DNA from: Crocinitomicaceae bacterium
Lineage (GTDB): Bacteria > Bacteroidota > Bacteroidia > Flavobacteriales_D > Crocinitomicaceae
NCBI GenBank assembly: GCA_044375095.1
Contig: JBILNH010000001.1
Span: 1 to 60,435 of the forward strand
Length of the DNA stretch: 60,435 nt
Direction of reading: 5' to 3'
Shown here: positions 19,913 through 28,375 of the stretch, in pieces
How positions within the stretch are numbered: the stretch's first letter is position 1
Layout of the letters: each line of letters opens with the position of its first letter
The notes under the pieces: generated by a model
The model's database searches: none
What the model was told of the DNA's origin: nothing
The model's input: only the letters and a program-made list of their open reading frames with translations
Position numbers and translations under genes: made by a program

Positions 19913-20832
19913 TGTCATCTGATACCTCAAAATCCATCTTTGGAGCGCATGGAGCACTTTTTTTAGTGAATACGTTATATGCCGCAAGTCATGTGATTGC
20001 CAAAGGCGTCATGCCTGACTACCTCACACCCAATGTGTTTATACTTCTCCGTGTTGTTGGAGCAACAGTGCTGTTTTGGTTGATTTGGTTGCTCGGTAAA
20101 CGAGAGGTCATCGCCAAAAAGGACATTCCGTTGGTTGCGCTTTGTGCCTTGTTCGGTGTGGCGATCAATCAATTGTTCTTTTTTCATGGATTGAATCTTT
20201 CTTCCTCCATTAATTCAGGTATAATCATGGCGACCAATCCCATGCTCGTTGTGGTGTTGTCTTATTTCTTGTTAAAGGAAGCCCTTTCATGGAAACGCAC
20301 AACTGGAATTCTAATTGGGGCGATTGGTGCAATACTGCTAACCTTGAAAGGAGGAACAGGCAAGGGCGATTCCGTTCTTGGAGACACTTTTCTATTCATC
20401 AATGCATTAAGTTATGCGTTCTATTTGGTACTGGTGAAACCACTGATGAAATCCTATTCACCCTTAACGGTTATAACGTATGTGTTTAGTTTTGGAATGC
20501 TCTACGTATTGATGTTTCCGCCGACCATTACCGATCTTTCTCAGACCGATTTCAGTCGAATTCCCACTTCCGCTTGGTGGATCATCTTGTATGTCATTGT
20601 CGGTGTTACGTTTCTGACCTACTTGTTAACCGTTTACGGACTAAAATATGTATCTCCATCGGTTTCCAGTGTGTACATTTATATTCAACCTGTGTTAGTC
20701 ATCGTATTCACCTTTCTTTTCTTCTACTTGGGTATGGTCGATTTCACCCAAACCATTACCGCGGAGAAAGTGATGTACATGTTGATGATCTTCTTTGGGG
20801 TGTATTTGGCTTCGGTGAGAAGTGTGCGATGA
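19912..20832 (+). CDS. EamA/DMT-family transporter
   Basis: It is a 10-TM-like hydrophobic profile with two EamA-like halves. Its start overlaps the preceding stop (TGATG). Confidence 0.8.
   Translation: MSSDTSKSIFGAHGALFLVNTLYAASHVIAKGVMPDYLTPNVFILLRVVGATVLFWLIWLLGKREVIAKKDIPLVALCALFGVAINQLFFFHGLNLSSSINSGIIMATNPMLVVVLSYFLLKEALSWKRTTGILIGAIGAILLTLKGGTGKGDSVLGDTFLFINALSYAFYLVLVKPLMKSYSPLTVITYVFSFGMLYVLMFPPTITDLSQTDFSRIPTSAWWIILYVIVGVTFLTYLLTVYGLKYVSPSVSSVYIYIQPVLVIVFTFLFFYLGMVDFTQTITAEKVMYMLMIFFGVYLASVRSVR
20733..20822 (+). repeat. Left 90-bp direct repeat (functional 3' end of the EamA gene)
   Basis: It is 87/90 identical to 22171-22259, by hand alignment. Confidence 0.9.
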
Positions 20833-20844
20833 GTCGCTGCTCCT

Positions 20845-22008
20845 TCAATCTTGATTAAAAACCCCTTTCCAACTCAAAACCTTTCCTGCCGTTCGTTCTT
20901 GATTGAATAAACCAGTATGCACTAACGTTTTGCTTTCAATGAGCTCTGGAACCAACTTTTCAAAATAGTTTAATCCTTTAAACATGGACGGCATAATCGT
21001 TTGACTGGCTTTTATTTCGACTACGTTTAATTTTTCGGTGTCTTGCCAAATCAAATCCACTTCATGACCTACGGCATCCCTCCAGAACCAATAATCGCGC
21101 AGCAGGTTTTGGTGGTAGTTTTGTTTGAGGTACTCGTTGATGATGTAGTTCTCAAATAAACTGCCTTTGTATGGACTTGTTTTTAAGTGTGCCGCATCTT
21201 TAATTTTGAGCAAAAAACAAAGCAATCCTGTATCATAGAAATAAAGTTTGGAACTCTTGGTAATCCGCTTGTTCATATTGGTATGATAAGGTTGCAGCTG
21301 GTAAACAATGTAACTTGTTTCCAAAACGGACAACCATGATTTTGCAGTGGGTTGTGAAATACCGCATTCGTTAGCTAGTGAATTGAGATTAAGCAATTGA
21401 CCGACACGCGCTGCGCAAAGCGAAATGAAATTGCGGAATTGTTTTAAATCTTTCACTTGAATAAGCTCAGACAAATCGCGCTCCACATAGGTTTGCAAGT
21501 AGTTTGAATAAAACGCTTTGGACGGAATATCTCGGTCATAAATCGCAGGATAAAATCCTTTTTGAAGGTTAACAGCGTAATCCTCATCCAGCCAACCAGC
21601 TTCTTGCATTTCTTGGCAATCAAATGGCAACAGTTTAAATAAGGCCACACGACCGGCAAGGCTTTGCGTAATGTTGCGCATCAAATGAAAATTCTGAGAT
21701 CCCGACAAAATGTACTGTCCCATGATTTTATCTTCATCCACCTTGGTTTGTATGTAGGAAAACAATTCGGGTACGCGTTGTACTTCGTCGAAAATAACAT
21801 AGCGGTCATGTTCCTTTAAAAATCCGTTGGGATCATTGCGTGCATAGTTTCGGTTATCTAAATTTTCAAGGTTGACATACGTGTAAGTAGGGAATTGATT
21901 TCTAAGAAAGGTTGTTTTGCCTGACTGTCTCGGACCGGTTAACACCAGTACAGGATACTTTTTCAGGTAAATATCCATTTCTTTTTTGATGATACGAATT
22001 GCTCCCAT
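20845..22008 (-). CDS. AAA+ ATPase with a DUF4143-type C-terminal domain
   Basis: It has Walker A (LTGPRQSGKTT) and Walker B (VIFDEVQ). The C-terminal part (WRD..GHEVDLI...VEIK) is typical of the AAA_14 + DUF4143 architecture. Confidence 0.8.
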   Translation of the reverse strand: MGAIRIIKKEMDIYLKKYPVLVLTGPRQSGKTTFLRNQFPTYTYVNLENLDNRNYARNDPNGFLKEHDRYVIFDEVQRVPELFSYIQTKVDEDKIMGQYILSGSQNFHLMRNITQSLAGRVALFKLLPFDCQEMQEAGWLDEDYAVNLQKGFYPAIYDRDIPSKAFYSNYLQTYVERDLSELIQVKDLKQFRNFISLCAARVGQLLNLNSLANECGISQPTAKSWLSVLETSYIVYQLQPYHTNMNKRITKSSKLYFYDTGLLCFLLKIKDAAHLKTSPYKGSLFENYIINEYLKQNYHQNLLRDYWFWRDAVGHEVDLIWQDTEKLNVVEIKASQTIMPSMFKGLNYFEKLVPELIESKTLVHTGLFNQERTAGKVLSWKGVFNQD

Positions 22009-22044
22009 AGACCTTGATTATACTGCACAAATGTACATCTAATT

Positions 22045-22136
22045 TTGAAAATACACTATACATAACTTTGAAAATACACATATATTAACTTTGAAAATAC
22101 ACTACTATATATTTTGAAAATGCACGGTTTTTAGTT
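22045..22136. repeat. Tandem array, 4 units of exactly 23 bp (TTGAAAATACAC + 11 nt)
   Basis: Units start at 22045, 22068, 22091 and 22114. The first three share TTGAAAATACAC, and the fourth is TTGAAAATGCAC. The array begins 37 nt upstream of the ATPase ATG. Confidence 0.9.
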
Positions 22137-22170
22137 GGGTGGTTGGGGTGGGGGATATTTCGAATTTCCC

Positions 22171-22259
22171 TATGGTCGATTTCACCCAAACCATTACTGC
22201 GGAGAAAGTGAGTACATGTTAATGATCTTCTTTGGGGTGTATTTGGCTTCGGTGAGAAG
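22171..22259 (+). pseudogene. Displaced, frameshifted remnant of the EamA gene 3' end (right direct repeat)
   Basis: It is an 89-bp copy of 20733-20822 with 2 substitutions and a 1-nt deletion that breaks the reading frame. Confidence 0.8.
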
Positions 22260-22314
22260 GTAATATCGTTTTCTCCACATTTTTCCCTATTTTGCATCTC
22301 TAAAACTGCTGATT

Positions 22315-23883
22315 ATGAAAAATCTAGTGCTACTGATCCTTTTGTTTCAATCACTTTCCTCGTTCGCTCAAACCTGGAGTGACAATGTCGCCCAATTGGT
22401 TTACGATAAGTGTACTAAATGCCATCATACCGGAGGAATTGCCCAATTTCCACTAATGACCTACAGTGAAACAAGTCCAATGGCTGCTGCCATTTACGAT
22501 GCTGTTGCGCAAGATCGAATGCCGCCTTGGCCACCGGATAACAACTACCAACAGTACGTGCACAACCGCGCGTTGAGTGCTTCAGAAAAAACGACCATTC
22601 AAAATTGGATTTTATCGGGAGCACCTGAAGGAAATGCAGCAAATACGCCTCCGCCACCGGTATATACCTCTTCAACCTTGTTAGGCAACGGCGACTTAAC
22701 GATTCAAATGCCGGCATACATGAGTAAAGCAACAGCGCAAACGGACGATTACGCCTGTTTTGCCGTTCCATCAGGGTTATTACAAAATCGGGTCATTCGT
22801 GCAGTGGAAATTGTCCCAGCGAACCGTCAAATCGTACACCACGCATTGATTTACATCGATCCGGGTGCGGTAGAAGTAACCGATTCAATAGGCGGTAATT
22901 GTGCGAGCCCATCCAGTCAAAACACAAAATTAATCGCAGGATATACGCCTGGTGCCACACCGATGGTTTTACCGTCATCAAGTCCGCTCAAACTTGGAAT
23001 TGATATCGACGCAGGATCTCAGGTTTATTTTACGATGCACTATCCCGCCGGAAGTTATGGTCAATTCGATAGCACAAAAGTGATTTTCCATTTTTACCCA
23101 CCAGGTACAACAGGAATCCGTCAAGTTGGTGCCGACCCAATCATTCAAAATTGGTCGTTTAGTTTACCGCCAAATCAGGTGACTTCTGTCTCTGCCCAAT
23201 ATCCTGCAGGATCAGGAGGCGTACCTGCAACTATTTCCGTATTAAGTGTCTTTCCACACATGCATTTACTTGGGAAAACGATAAAGTCTTATGCAATAAC
23301 TCCAACAAGCGATACCATAAAATTTGCCAATATTCCACATTGGGATTTCCATTGGCAGGATTTCTATTTCTTCAAGCACATGCAAAAAGTTCCCCAAGGA
23401 TCTAAAATTAAGGGTGTAGGGGTATATGACAATACGGCAACCAACGAGCACAATCCCAACAATCCGCCGGTAATGGTAACTGCCGGATTGAATACCAACG
23501 ATGAAATGTTCCTTGTGTATTTTCATTACATGTTGTACCAAAACGGCGATGAAAACTATGACATGGAAGAATTGATGAGTGCTGGATTAACTGACCAACT
23601 TGCGGATGATCACAGTCCACTTCACGTTTTTCCGAATCCATTTGAAGAAGGAATGGAGATTTCCATGGCCACAAATGAAGGTGCCCAAGCGTCAGTTTTT
23701 GTTTACGATTTTACAGGTAAGTTAGTAAAGAGAGTGGTACATAATGAGGCCCTAACTTCAGGGAAATTAAGTGCTTCTTGGGATGGAACAAATGAATCAG
23801 GTCAATCGGTCAATAAAGGAGTTTACTTTCTCTCTGTTACGATTGACGGAAAGGTTTATACGAAACAAGTCGTGAAACTGTAA
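22315..23883 (+). CDS. Secreted heme-c-motif / PHM-DBH-like copper monooxygenase with a T9SS type A CTD
   Basis: The protein has a signal peptide and a CTKCH (CxxCH) motif at aa 33-37 within C..CH..G.A.FPL.TY...MPPW. Copper ligand-like residues are HH175/176, H242, HxH315/317 and M398, spaced as in peptidylglycine alpha-hydroxylating monooxygenase. The C-terminal sequence is VFPNP...GVYFLSVTIDGKVYTKQVVKL. Confidence 0.7.
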   Translation: MKNLVLLILLFQSLSSFAQTWSDNVAQLVYDKCTKCHHTGGIAQFPLMTYSETSPMAAAIYDAVAQDRMPPWPPDNNYQQYVHNRALSASEKTTIQNWILSGAPEGNAANTPPPPVYTSSTLLGNGDLTIQMPAYMSKATAQTDDYACFAVPSGLLQNRVIRAVEIVPANRQIVHHALIYIDPGAVEVTDSIGGNCASPSSQNTKLIAGYTPGATPMVLPSSSPLKLGIDIDAGSQVYFTMHYPAGSYGQFDSTKVIFHFYPPGTTGIRQVGADPIIQNWSFSLPPNQVTSVSAQYPAGSGGVPATISVLSVFPHMHLLGKTIKSYAITPTSDTIKFANIPHWDFHWQDFYFFKHMQKVPQGSKIKGVGVYDNTATNEHNPNNPPVMVTAGLNTNDEMFLVYFHYMLYQNGDENYDMEELMSAGLTDQLADDHSPLHVFPNPFEEGMEISMATNEGAQASVFVYDFTGKLVKRVVHNEALTSGKLSASWDGTNESGQSVNKGVYFLSVTIDGKVYTKQVVKL

Positions 23884-25464
23884 TTATCGAAGTGATCGTA
23901 ACGCGCGTTGTACCTCTTTATCCGTGGTATTCATGATGCGGTAATAGCCGTCCTCTAACCAGATTTGTCGGGCGATTTCTGCTTTCATGGTTTGAACGAT
24001 CAACCCTTTTCCTCGTTTGATTGCTCCTTGATCGGGTTTGATTTTCAGTTCTTTTTCTGAGAATTGCACAAAACGCTGAAGGAGTGCGTCTGAAACAACG
24101 AACTTACGTTCGAAGTCATCTAAGGATTTCCATGTGGATCGTTTTCCCTGCAAGAAATCAAATGCAAAGGCATTGAATGCTTGTGAATAGCGCAATTCGG
24201 TGTAATACCATGACATGCCACTTGAGTCAAAGGGAATGAAAACATCTGGCGAAATACCACCACCACCGTAAACGATTTTTCCTTTCGGTGTTCTGTAACG
24301 CAACGAATCTACCTTATTGGTATCCGGTTTGAACAATTCACCATTGTCGTATTCTGCCATTTTCTCTTGGTAGTACTCGTCGAAACCTTTATCGTATGAT
24401 CGTTGGATGCACCGTCCTGTTGGCGTATAATAGCGCGCCACTGTTAAACGCAAATTACTTCCATCACGAAGTGGCAAATCTTCTTGAACCAGCCCTTTTC
24501 CAAACGAGCGACGTCCGACAATTGTGCCGCGATCATTGTCTTGAATGGCTCCTGCGAGAATTTCACTAGCGGATGCCGAATTGGAGTTGATCATTACAAC
24601 AACCTGAGCGTTCTCTAACATGCCTCCTCGCGTGGCGTAGTACTTTTTCGAACCACTGTGCTCTCCTTTTGTTTCCACAATTGTCATACCGTTTGGTAGC
24701 AATTCATCGGCAATTTCAACGGCTGTTTGCATCACTCCACCGCCATTATTTCGCAAATCAAGGACTAACTTGCCCATTCCTTTTTGTTTTAACCAGCTTA
24801 CGGCTCGACGGAATTCATCGGCAGTGGTAACGGAAAATTCATCAATTTTCACATAACCTGTTCGTGGTGCAATGAGGTAAGCGGCACTAACCGATTCAAT
24901 CGGAATACTTCCTCGAACTAATTTCTTTTTGATGAGTTGTTTTTCACGTAAAATAGCCACTTGGACAACCGTATTTTCTTTCCCTTTAAGCAATTTCATC
25001 ACCTTTTCATTCGTGATTTTCTTACTTGCAACCGACTTCCCATCAACTTGAATAATCTTGTCTCCAGCTTTAATTCCTGCTCGTTGAGAAGGAGAACCTT
25101 GAACAACCGCTGTTACACAAATGGTATCCCGTAAAATGAAAAAACGTACACCAATTCCGCCGAATTTGCCTTCAATAGTTTCGTTGATCATCGCTAGATC
25201 ACGCGCTGGAATGTAATTGCTGTGCGGATCTAATTTATGCAACATGTCACTGATGGTCTGTTCAAACAAGGAGTCTGCCTGAATTGGATCTACATACCTT
25301 TCGTCAAGAATATTGATGATGTCAGACAATTTTTGGTAGTGGCCTCCTGAGGTATCAGCAGAAAAACCAAAACTCTTTGGCGCCAAAAAATAGCCTAACC
25401 AAACACCAATGGACAATACCACCGCAAATATGGTAGGAAGTAAATAGGAATTATTCCGTTTCAT
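23884..25464 (-). CDS. S41-family C-terminal processing (tail-specific) peptidase with a PDZ domain
   Basis: The PDZ region is GSPSQRAGIKAGDKI, and the S41 catalytic region is SASASEILAGA...GKG. The start is at Met11 (MKRNNSYLL, TM segment); the alternative start is 25494. Confidence 0.88.
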   Translation of the reverse strand: MKRNNSYLLPTIFAVVLSIGVWLGYFLAPKSFGFSADTSGGHYQKLSDIINILDERYVDPIQADSLFEQTISDMLHKLDPHSNYIPARDLAMINETIEGKFGGIGVRFFILRDTICVTAVVQGSPSQRAGIKAGDKIIQVDGKSVASKKITNEKVMKLLKGKENTVVQVAILREKQLIKKKLVRGSIPIESVSAAYLIAPRTGYVKIDEFSVTTADEFRRAVSWLKQKGMGKLVLDLRNNGGGVMQTAVEIADELLPNGMTIVETKGEHSGSKKYYATRGGMLENAQVVVMINSNSASASEILAGAIQDNDRGTIVGRRSFGKGLVQEDLPLRDGSNLRLTVARYYTPTGRCIQRSYDKGFDEYYQEKMAEYDNGELFKPDTNKVDSLRYRTPKGKIVYGGGGISPDVFIPFDSSGMSWYYTELRYSQAFNAFAFDFLQGKRSTWKSLDDFERKFVVSDALLQRFVQFSEKELKIKPDQGAIKRGKGLIVQTMKAEIARQIWLEDGYYRIMNTTDKEVQRALRSLR

Positions 25465-25900
25465 CGTTAAATTCTTCAATGTGAATGACTTCAAGTCCAG
25501 CGCTGGTCAAGAAATCGATTCCTGATGGATCTTTGTATTGTTCGGCATACACCAAGCGCGTGATTCCTGCTTGTAAGACTAATTTACTACAGTCTTTGCA
25601 TGGTGAATGTGTCAAGTATAATGTTGCGCCTTTGCAGTTATTGGTCGATTTCGCTACCTTCAAAATGGCATTTGCCTCTGCGTGTAACACGTACCAATGT
25701 GTGTTACCTTCATCATCCTCGCAGCAATTATCGAACCCACCTGGCGTACCGTTGTAACCATCTGAGATGATCATTTCATCTTTTACGATGATTGCTCCGA
25801 CTTGTTTTCTGTTGCAATGCGATAATTTTGACCACGAACGTGCCATTCGGAGGTAAGCTTGATCATAACGAAGCTGCTTGTTTTTATCCTTTTCTACCAT
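25451..25900 (-). CDS. dCMP deaminase (ComEB-like)
   Basis: The zinc-binding motifs HAEANAI and PCKDCSKL are present. The protein is 149 aa. Confidence 0.9.
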   Translation of the reverse strand: MVEKDKNKQLRYDQAYLRMARSWSKLSHCNRKQVGAIIVKDEMIISDGYNGTPGGFDNCCEDDEGNTHWYVLHAEANAILKVAKSTNNCKGATLYLTHSPCKDCSKLVLQAGITRLVYAEQYKDPSGIDFLTSAGLEVIHIEEFNDETE

Positions 25901-25941
25901 ACGCGTTTACTTCTGCAAAAATAGCAAATAGTTAGCCTTTC

Positions 25942-26640
25942 TCAACCGCGGGTGAATTTGTATCCAACGGCACGGATAGAGTGGAAGTAAGCCGGGTTGC
26001 GTGGATCTGTCTCGAAAAGTTTACGGAAAGCTAAAATATAATTATCGATGGTACGAGAAGTTGGAAATTGATCTGTCCCCCAAATGGAATCCAGAATTTC
26101 ATCCCTTGAAACTACTTGTCCTTCGCGCTCGGCAAATAGGCGAAGTAATTCGACTTCTTTTTTACTGAGTGTTGCAATCAACACATTATCAGAGAGTTGC
26201 CTCACCTCATAGGTTTGAAAATCAATGCGTTTACCTGCAATGGTGAGAAGCGTTGATTTCGTGGAAGTTTCAGGTTGGAATAATTTAGTCAAGTTATGGA
26301 CGCGAAGCAGCAATTCCTCTAAATCAAACGGTTTACTCAAATAATCGTTGGCGCCGCGTTTCAATCCCGCAATTTTATCTTCTGTCGTTCCTTTCGCAGA
26401 AAGAAATAAAATGGGAACATCGCTGTCTTTTCGGATTGCTTCACAGATTTCAAGCCCACTAAAATCGGGTAACATGACATCTAAAATGACCAGGTTAAAT
26501 TGGTTCATTTGAGGCGCAAGATCCATGGCTTCTTTTCCTGTAGTTAATAAACGTACGGTATAACCTTCCAGCTCCAGATTCATGTGAATCAGTTCTGCCA
26601 GACTTTGCTCATCTTCTACAATACAAATGTTCATTTCCAT
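25942..26640 (-). CDS. OmpR-family response regulator (receiver + winged-helix); no kinase gene adjacent
   Basis: The receiver domain is MEMNICIVEDE...LVILDVMLPD...LSAKG. The C-terminal part (VLIATLSKKEVELLRLF...VGYKF) is a trans_reg_C-like domain. The start is at Met22 of the track ORF. Confidence 0.88.
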   Translation of the reverse strand: MEMNICIVEDEQSLAELIHMNLELEGYTVRLLTTGKEAMDLAPQMNQFNLVILDVMLPDFSGLEICEAIRKDSDVPILFLSAKGTTEDKIAGLKRGANDYLSKPFDLEELLLRVHNLTKLFQPETSTKSTLLTIAGKRIDFQTYEVRQLSDNVLIATLSKKEVELLRLFAEREGQVVSRDEILDSIWGTDQFPTSRTIDNYILAFRKLFETDPRNPAYFHSIRAVGYKFTRG

Positions 26641-26732
26641 CGATTCCTTTTGTAAATGTAGCAATTTGGAAAAACATTGAAATTCAGCAATCAATTCAGT
26701 CAACAGAATGCCTAAAAACCGAAATAAACCAC

Positions 26733-26740
26733 TAATTTTG
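26733..26740 (+). promoter_or_regulatory. Candidate -7 promoter box (TAATTTTG) for purH
   Basis: It matches TAnnTTTG, 22 nt upstream of the purH ATG. Confidence 0.3.
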
Positions 26741-26762
26741 ACCTTTCTTTTTCTATCCCGTC

Positions 26763-28292
26763 ATGAATACGTTAAAACCCATCAAATCCGCACTGATTTC
26801 TGTTTTTGATAAAACCGGTCTGGCGCCAATTGTTGAACTTCTACATACGCACGGAGTAACCATTTATTCAACCGGAGGAACGCAATCGTTTATCGAAGAA
26901 ATGGAAATCCCAGTTCAGCGGGTGGAAGATTTAACTTCGTATCCATCTATATTGGGTGGACGTGTGAAAACCTTACATCCGAAGGTGTTCGGTGGAATTT
27001 TAAATCGGCGACATTTGACGGAAGATCAAGCGCAAATTGCTGAATACGGCATTCCGGAAATTGATTTGGTAATCGTGGACTTGTATCCATTTGAGGCTAC
27101 CGTTGCTTCAGGAGCGAGTCATGAAGACGTTATTGAGAAAATTGACATTGGTGGAATTTCACTCATCCGCGCAGCAGCGAAGAATTACCGCGATGTCGTA
27201 ATTATTCCTTCACAAGCACAATATGCCCCACTACTTAAGCTGATGACTGAGCAAGGTGCGGCGACAACAGAACCACAGCGTAAACAATTCGCAGCAGACG
27301 CATTCAATGTCTCTTCGCACTACGATACGCATATTTTCAAGTATTTTGACGAGGAAAATATGCACGTATTTAAGGAGAGTATTCAACGCGCACAAGTACT
27401 TCGCTATGGAGAAAACCCACACCAAAAAGGAGTGTTTCATGGTGATTTATCAGCGGTTTTTGATCAATTGCACGGAAAAGAGCTGTCTTATAATAATTTA
27501 TTAGACGTTGATGCAGCGGTTAATTTGATGGGTGAATTTCAACACGGCGATCCCGCTTTTGCCATTTTGAAACACAACAATCCGTGTGGATTAGCCATTC
27601 GCAGTTCATTGAAACACGCATATGAAGCGGCACTTGAAGCTGATCCTGTTAGTGCTTTCGGTGGAATTTTAATTGCCAATCGACCAATCGACCAGGAAAC
27701 GGCGGAGTTGATCCATGAATTGTTCTGTGAAGTAGTTATTGCTCCAGGATTTGATTCTGAAGCGCTCGAATTATTGAAAGGCAAAAAGAACCGAATCTTG
27801 CTTGTTCAAAAGCAGTTTTCGTTTCCTGAAAAACAATTTCGTTCTATTTTGAATGGTGTGCTTGAACAAGACAAGGATACTGTTTCGGAGTCAGCGACTG
27901 ATTTAGAGCCAAAAACAACAGCGCAACCTTCTGCTGAAGAAGTTCAAGACTTATTGTTTGCCAATCACATTGTGAAACATGTAAAGTCGAATACGATAGT
28001 AATTGCAAAAGACCGTCAGCTGTTGGCCTGTGGTACGGGTCAGACCTCACGTGTAGACGCATTGAATCAAGCGATTCACAAAGCTCAGGCATTTGGATTT
28101 GATTTATCGGGTTCAGTAATGGCGTCAGATGCCTTTTTCCCTTTCCCTGATTGTGTGGAGATCGCTAATCTTGCGGGAATAAAAGCGGTGATTCAACCTG
28201 GAGGATCGATTAAAGACGACCTTTCAATTGACTTCTGTAATGCCAATGGAGTTGCTATGGTATTTACAGGAAACAGACATTTTAAGCACTAA
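26763..28292 (+). CDS. purH: Bifunctional AICAR transformylase / IMP cyclohydrolase
   Basis: It has the MGS-like N-terminal domain (ALISVFDKTGL...YSTGGT) and the AICARFT domain. The protein is 509 aa. Confidence 0.93.
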   Translation: MNTLKPIKSALISVFDKTGLAPIVELLHTHGVTIYSTGGTQSFIEEMEIPVQRVEDLTSYPSILGGRVKTLHPKVFGGILNRRHLTEDQAQIAEYGIPEIDLVIVDLYPFEATVASGASHEDVIEKIDIGGISLIRAAAKNYRDVVIIPSQAQYAPLLKLMTEQGAATTEPQRKQFAADAFNVSSHYDTHIFKYFDEENMHVFKESIQRAQVLRYGENPHQKGVFHGDLSAVFDQLHGKELSYNNLLDVDAAVNLMGEFQHGDPAFAILKHNNPCGLAIRSSLKHAYEAALEADPVSAFGGILIANRPIDQETAELIHELFCEVVIAPGFDSEALELLKGKKNRILLVQKQFSFPEKQFRSILNGVLEQDKDTVSESATDLEPKTTAQPSAEEVQDLLFANHIVKHVKSNTIVIAKDRQLLACGTGQTSRVDALNQAIHKAQAFGFDLSGSVMASDAFFPFPDCVEIANLAGIKAVIQPGGSIKDDLSIDFCNANGVAMVFTGNRHFKH

Positions 28293-28375
28293 GTTGACTT
28301 TTTTTCAAATTATTGAAACAAAAAGTCGAAATTTACGATTAACGGAACGACTTATAAAATAGCCAGTTATAGAAC

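Larger units (their letters stand above)
20823..22170. mobile_element. Putative inserted single-gene cassette (DUF4143 ATPase) bounded by duplicated eamA 3' ends
   Basis: This is the interval between the two 90-bp direct repeats. It contains one gene, a 4 x 23-bp tandem array and a G-rich tract. No integrase or transposase is present. Confidence 0.45.

Noticed and set aside
22045-22136. Possible mini-CRISPR array.
   Set aside because: The units are contiguous 23-mers with no separate repeat and spacer structure, there are only four copies, and no cas genes are present. It is better described as a tandem or iteron-like array.
22085-22297. A 70-aa minus-strand ORF spanning the eamA remnant and the G-rich tract.
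   Set aside because: It is antisense to a decayed gene fragment, overlaps the tandem array, and has no recognisable features.
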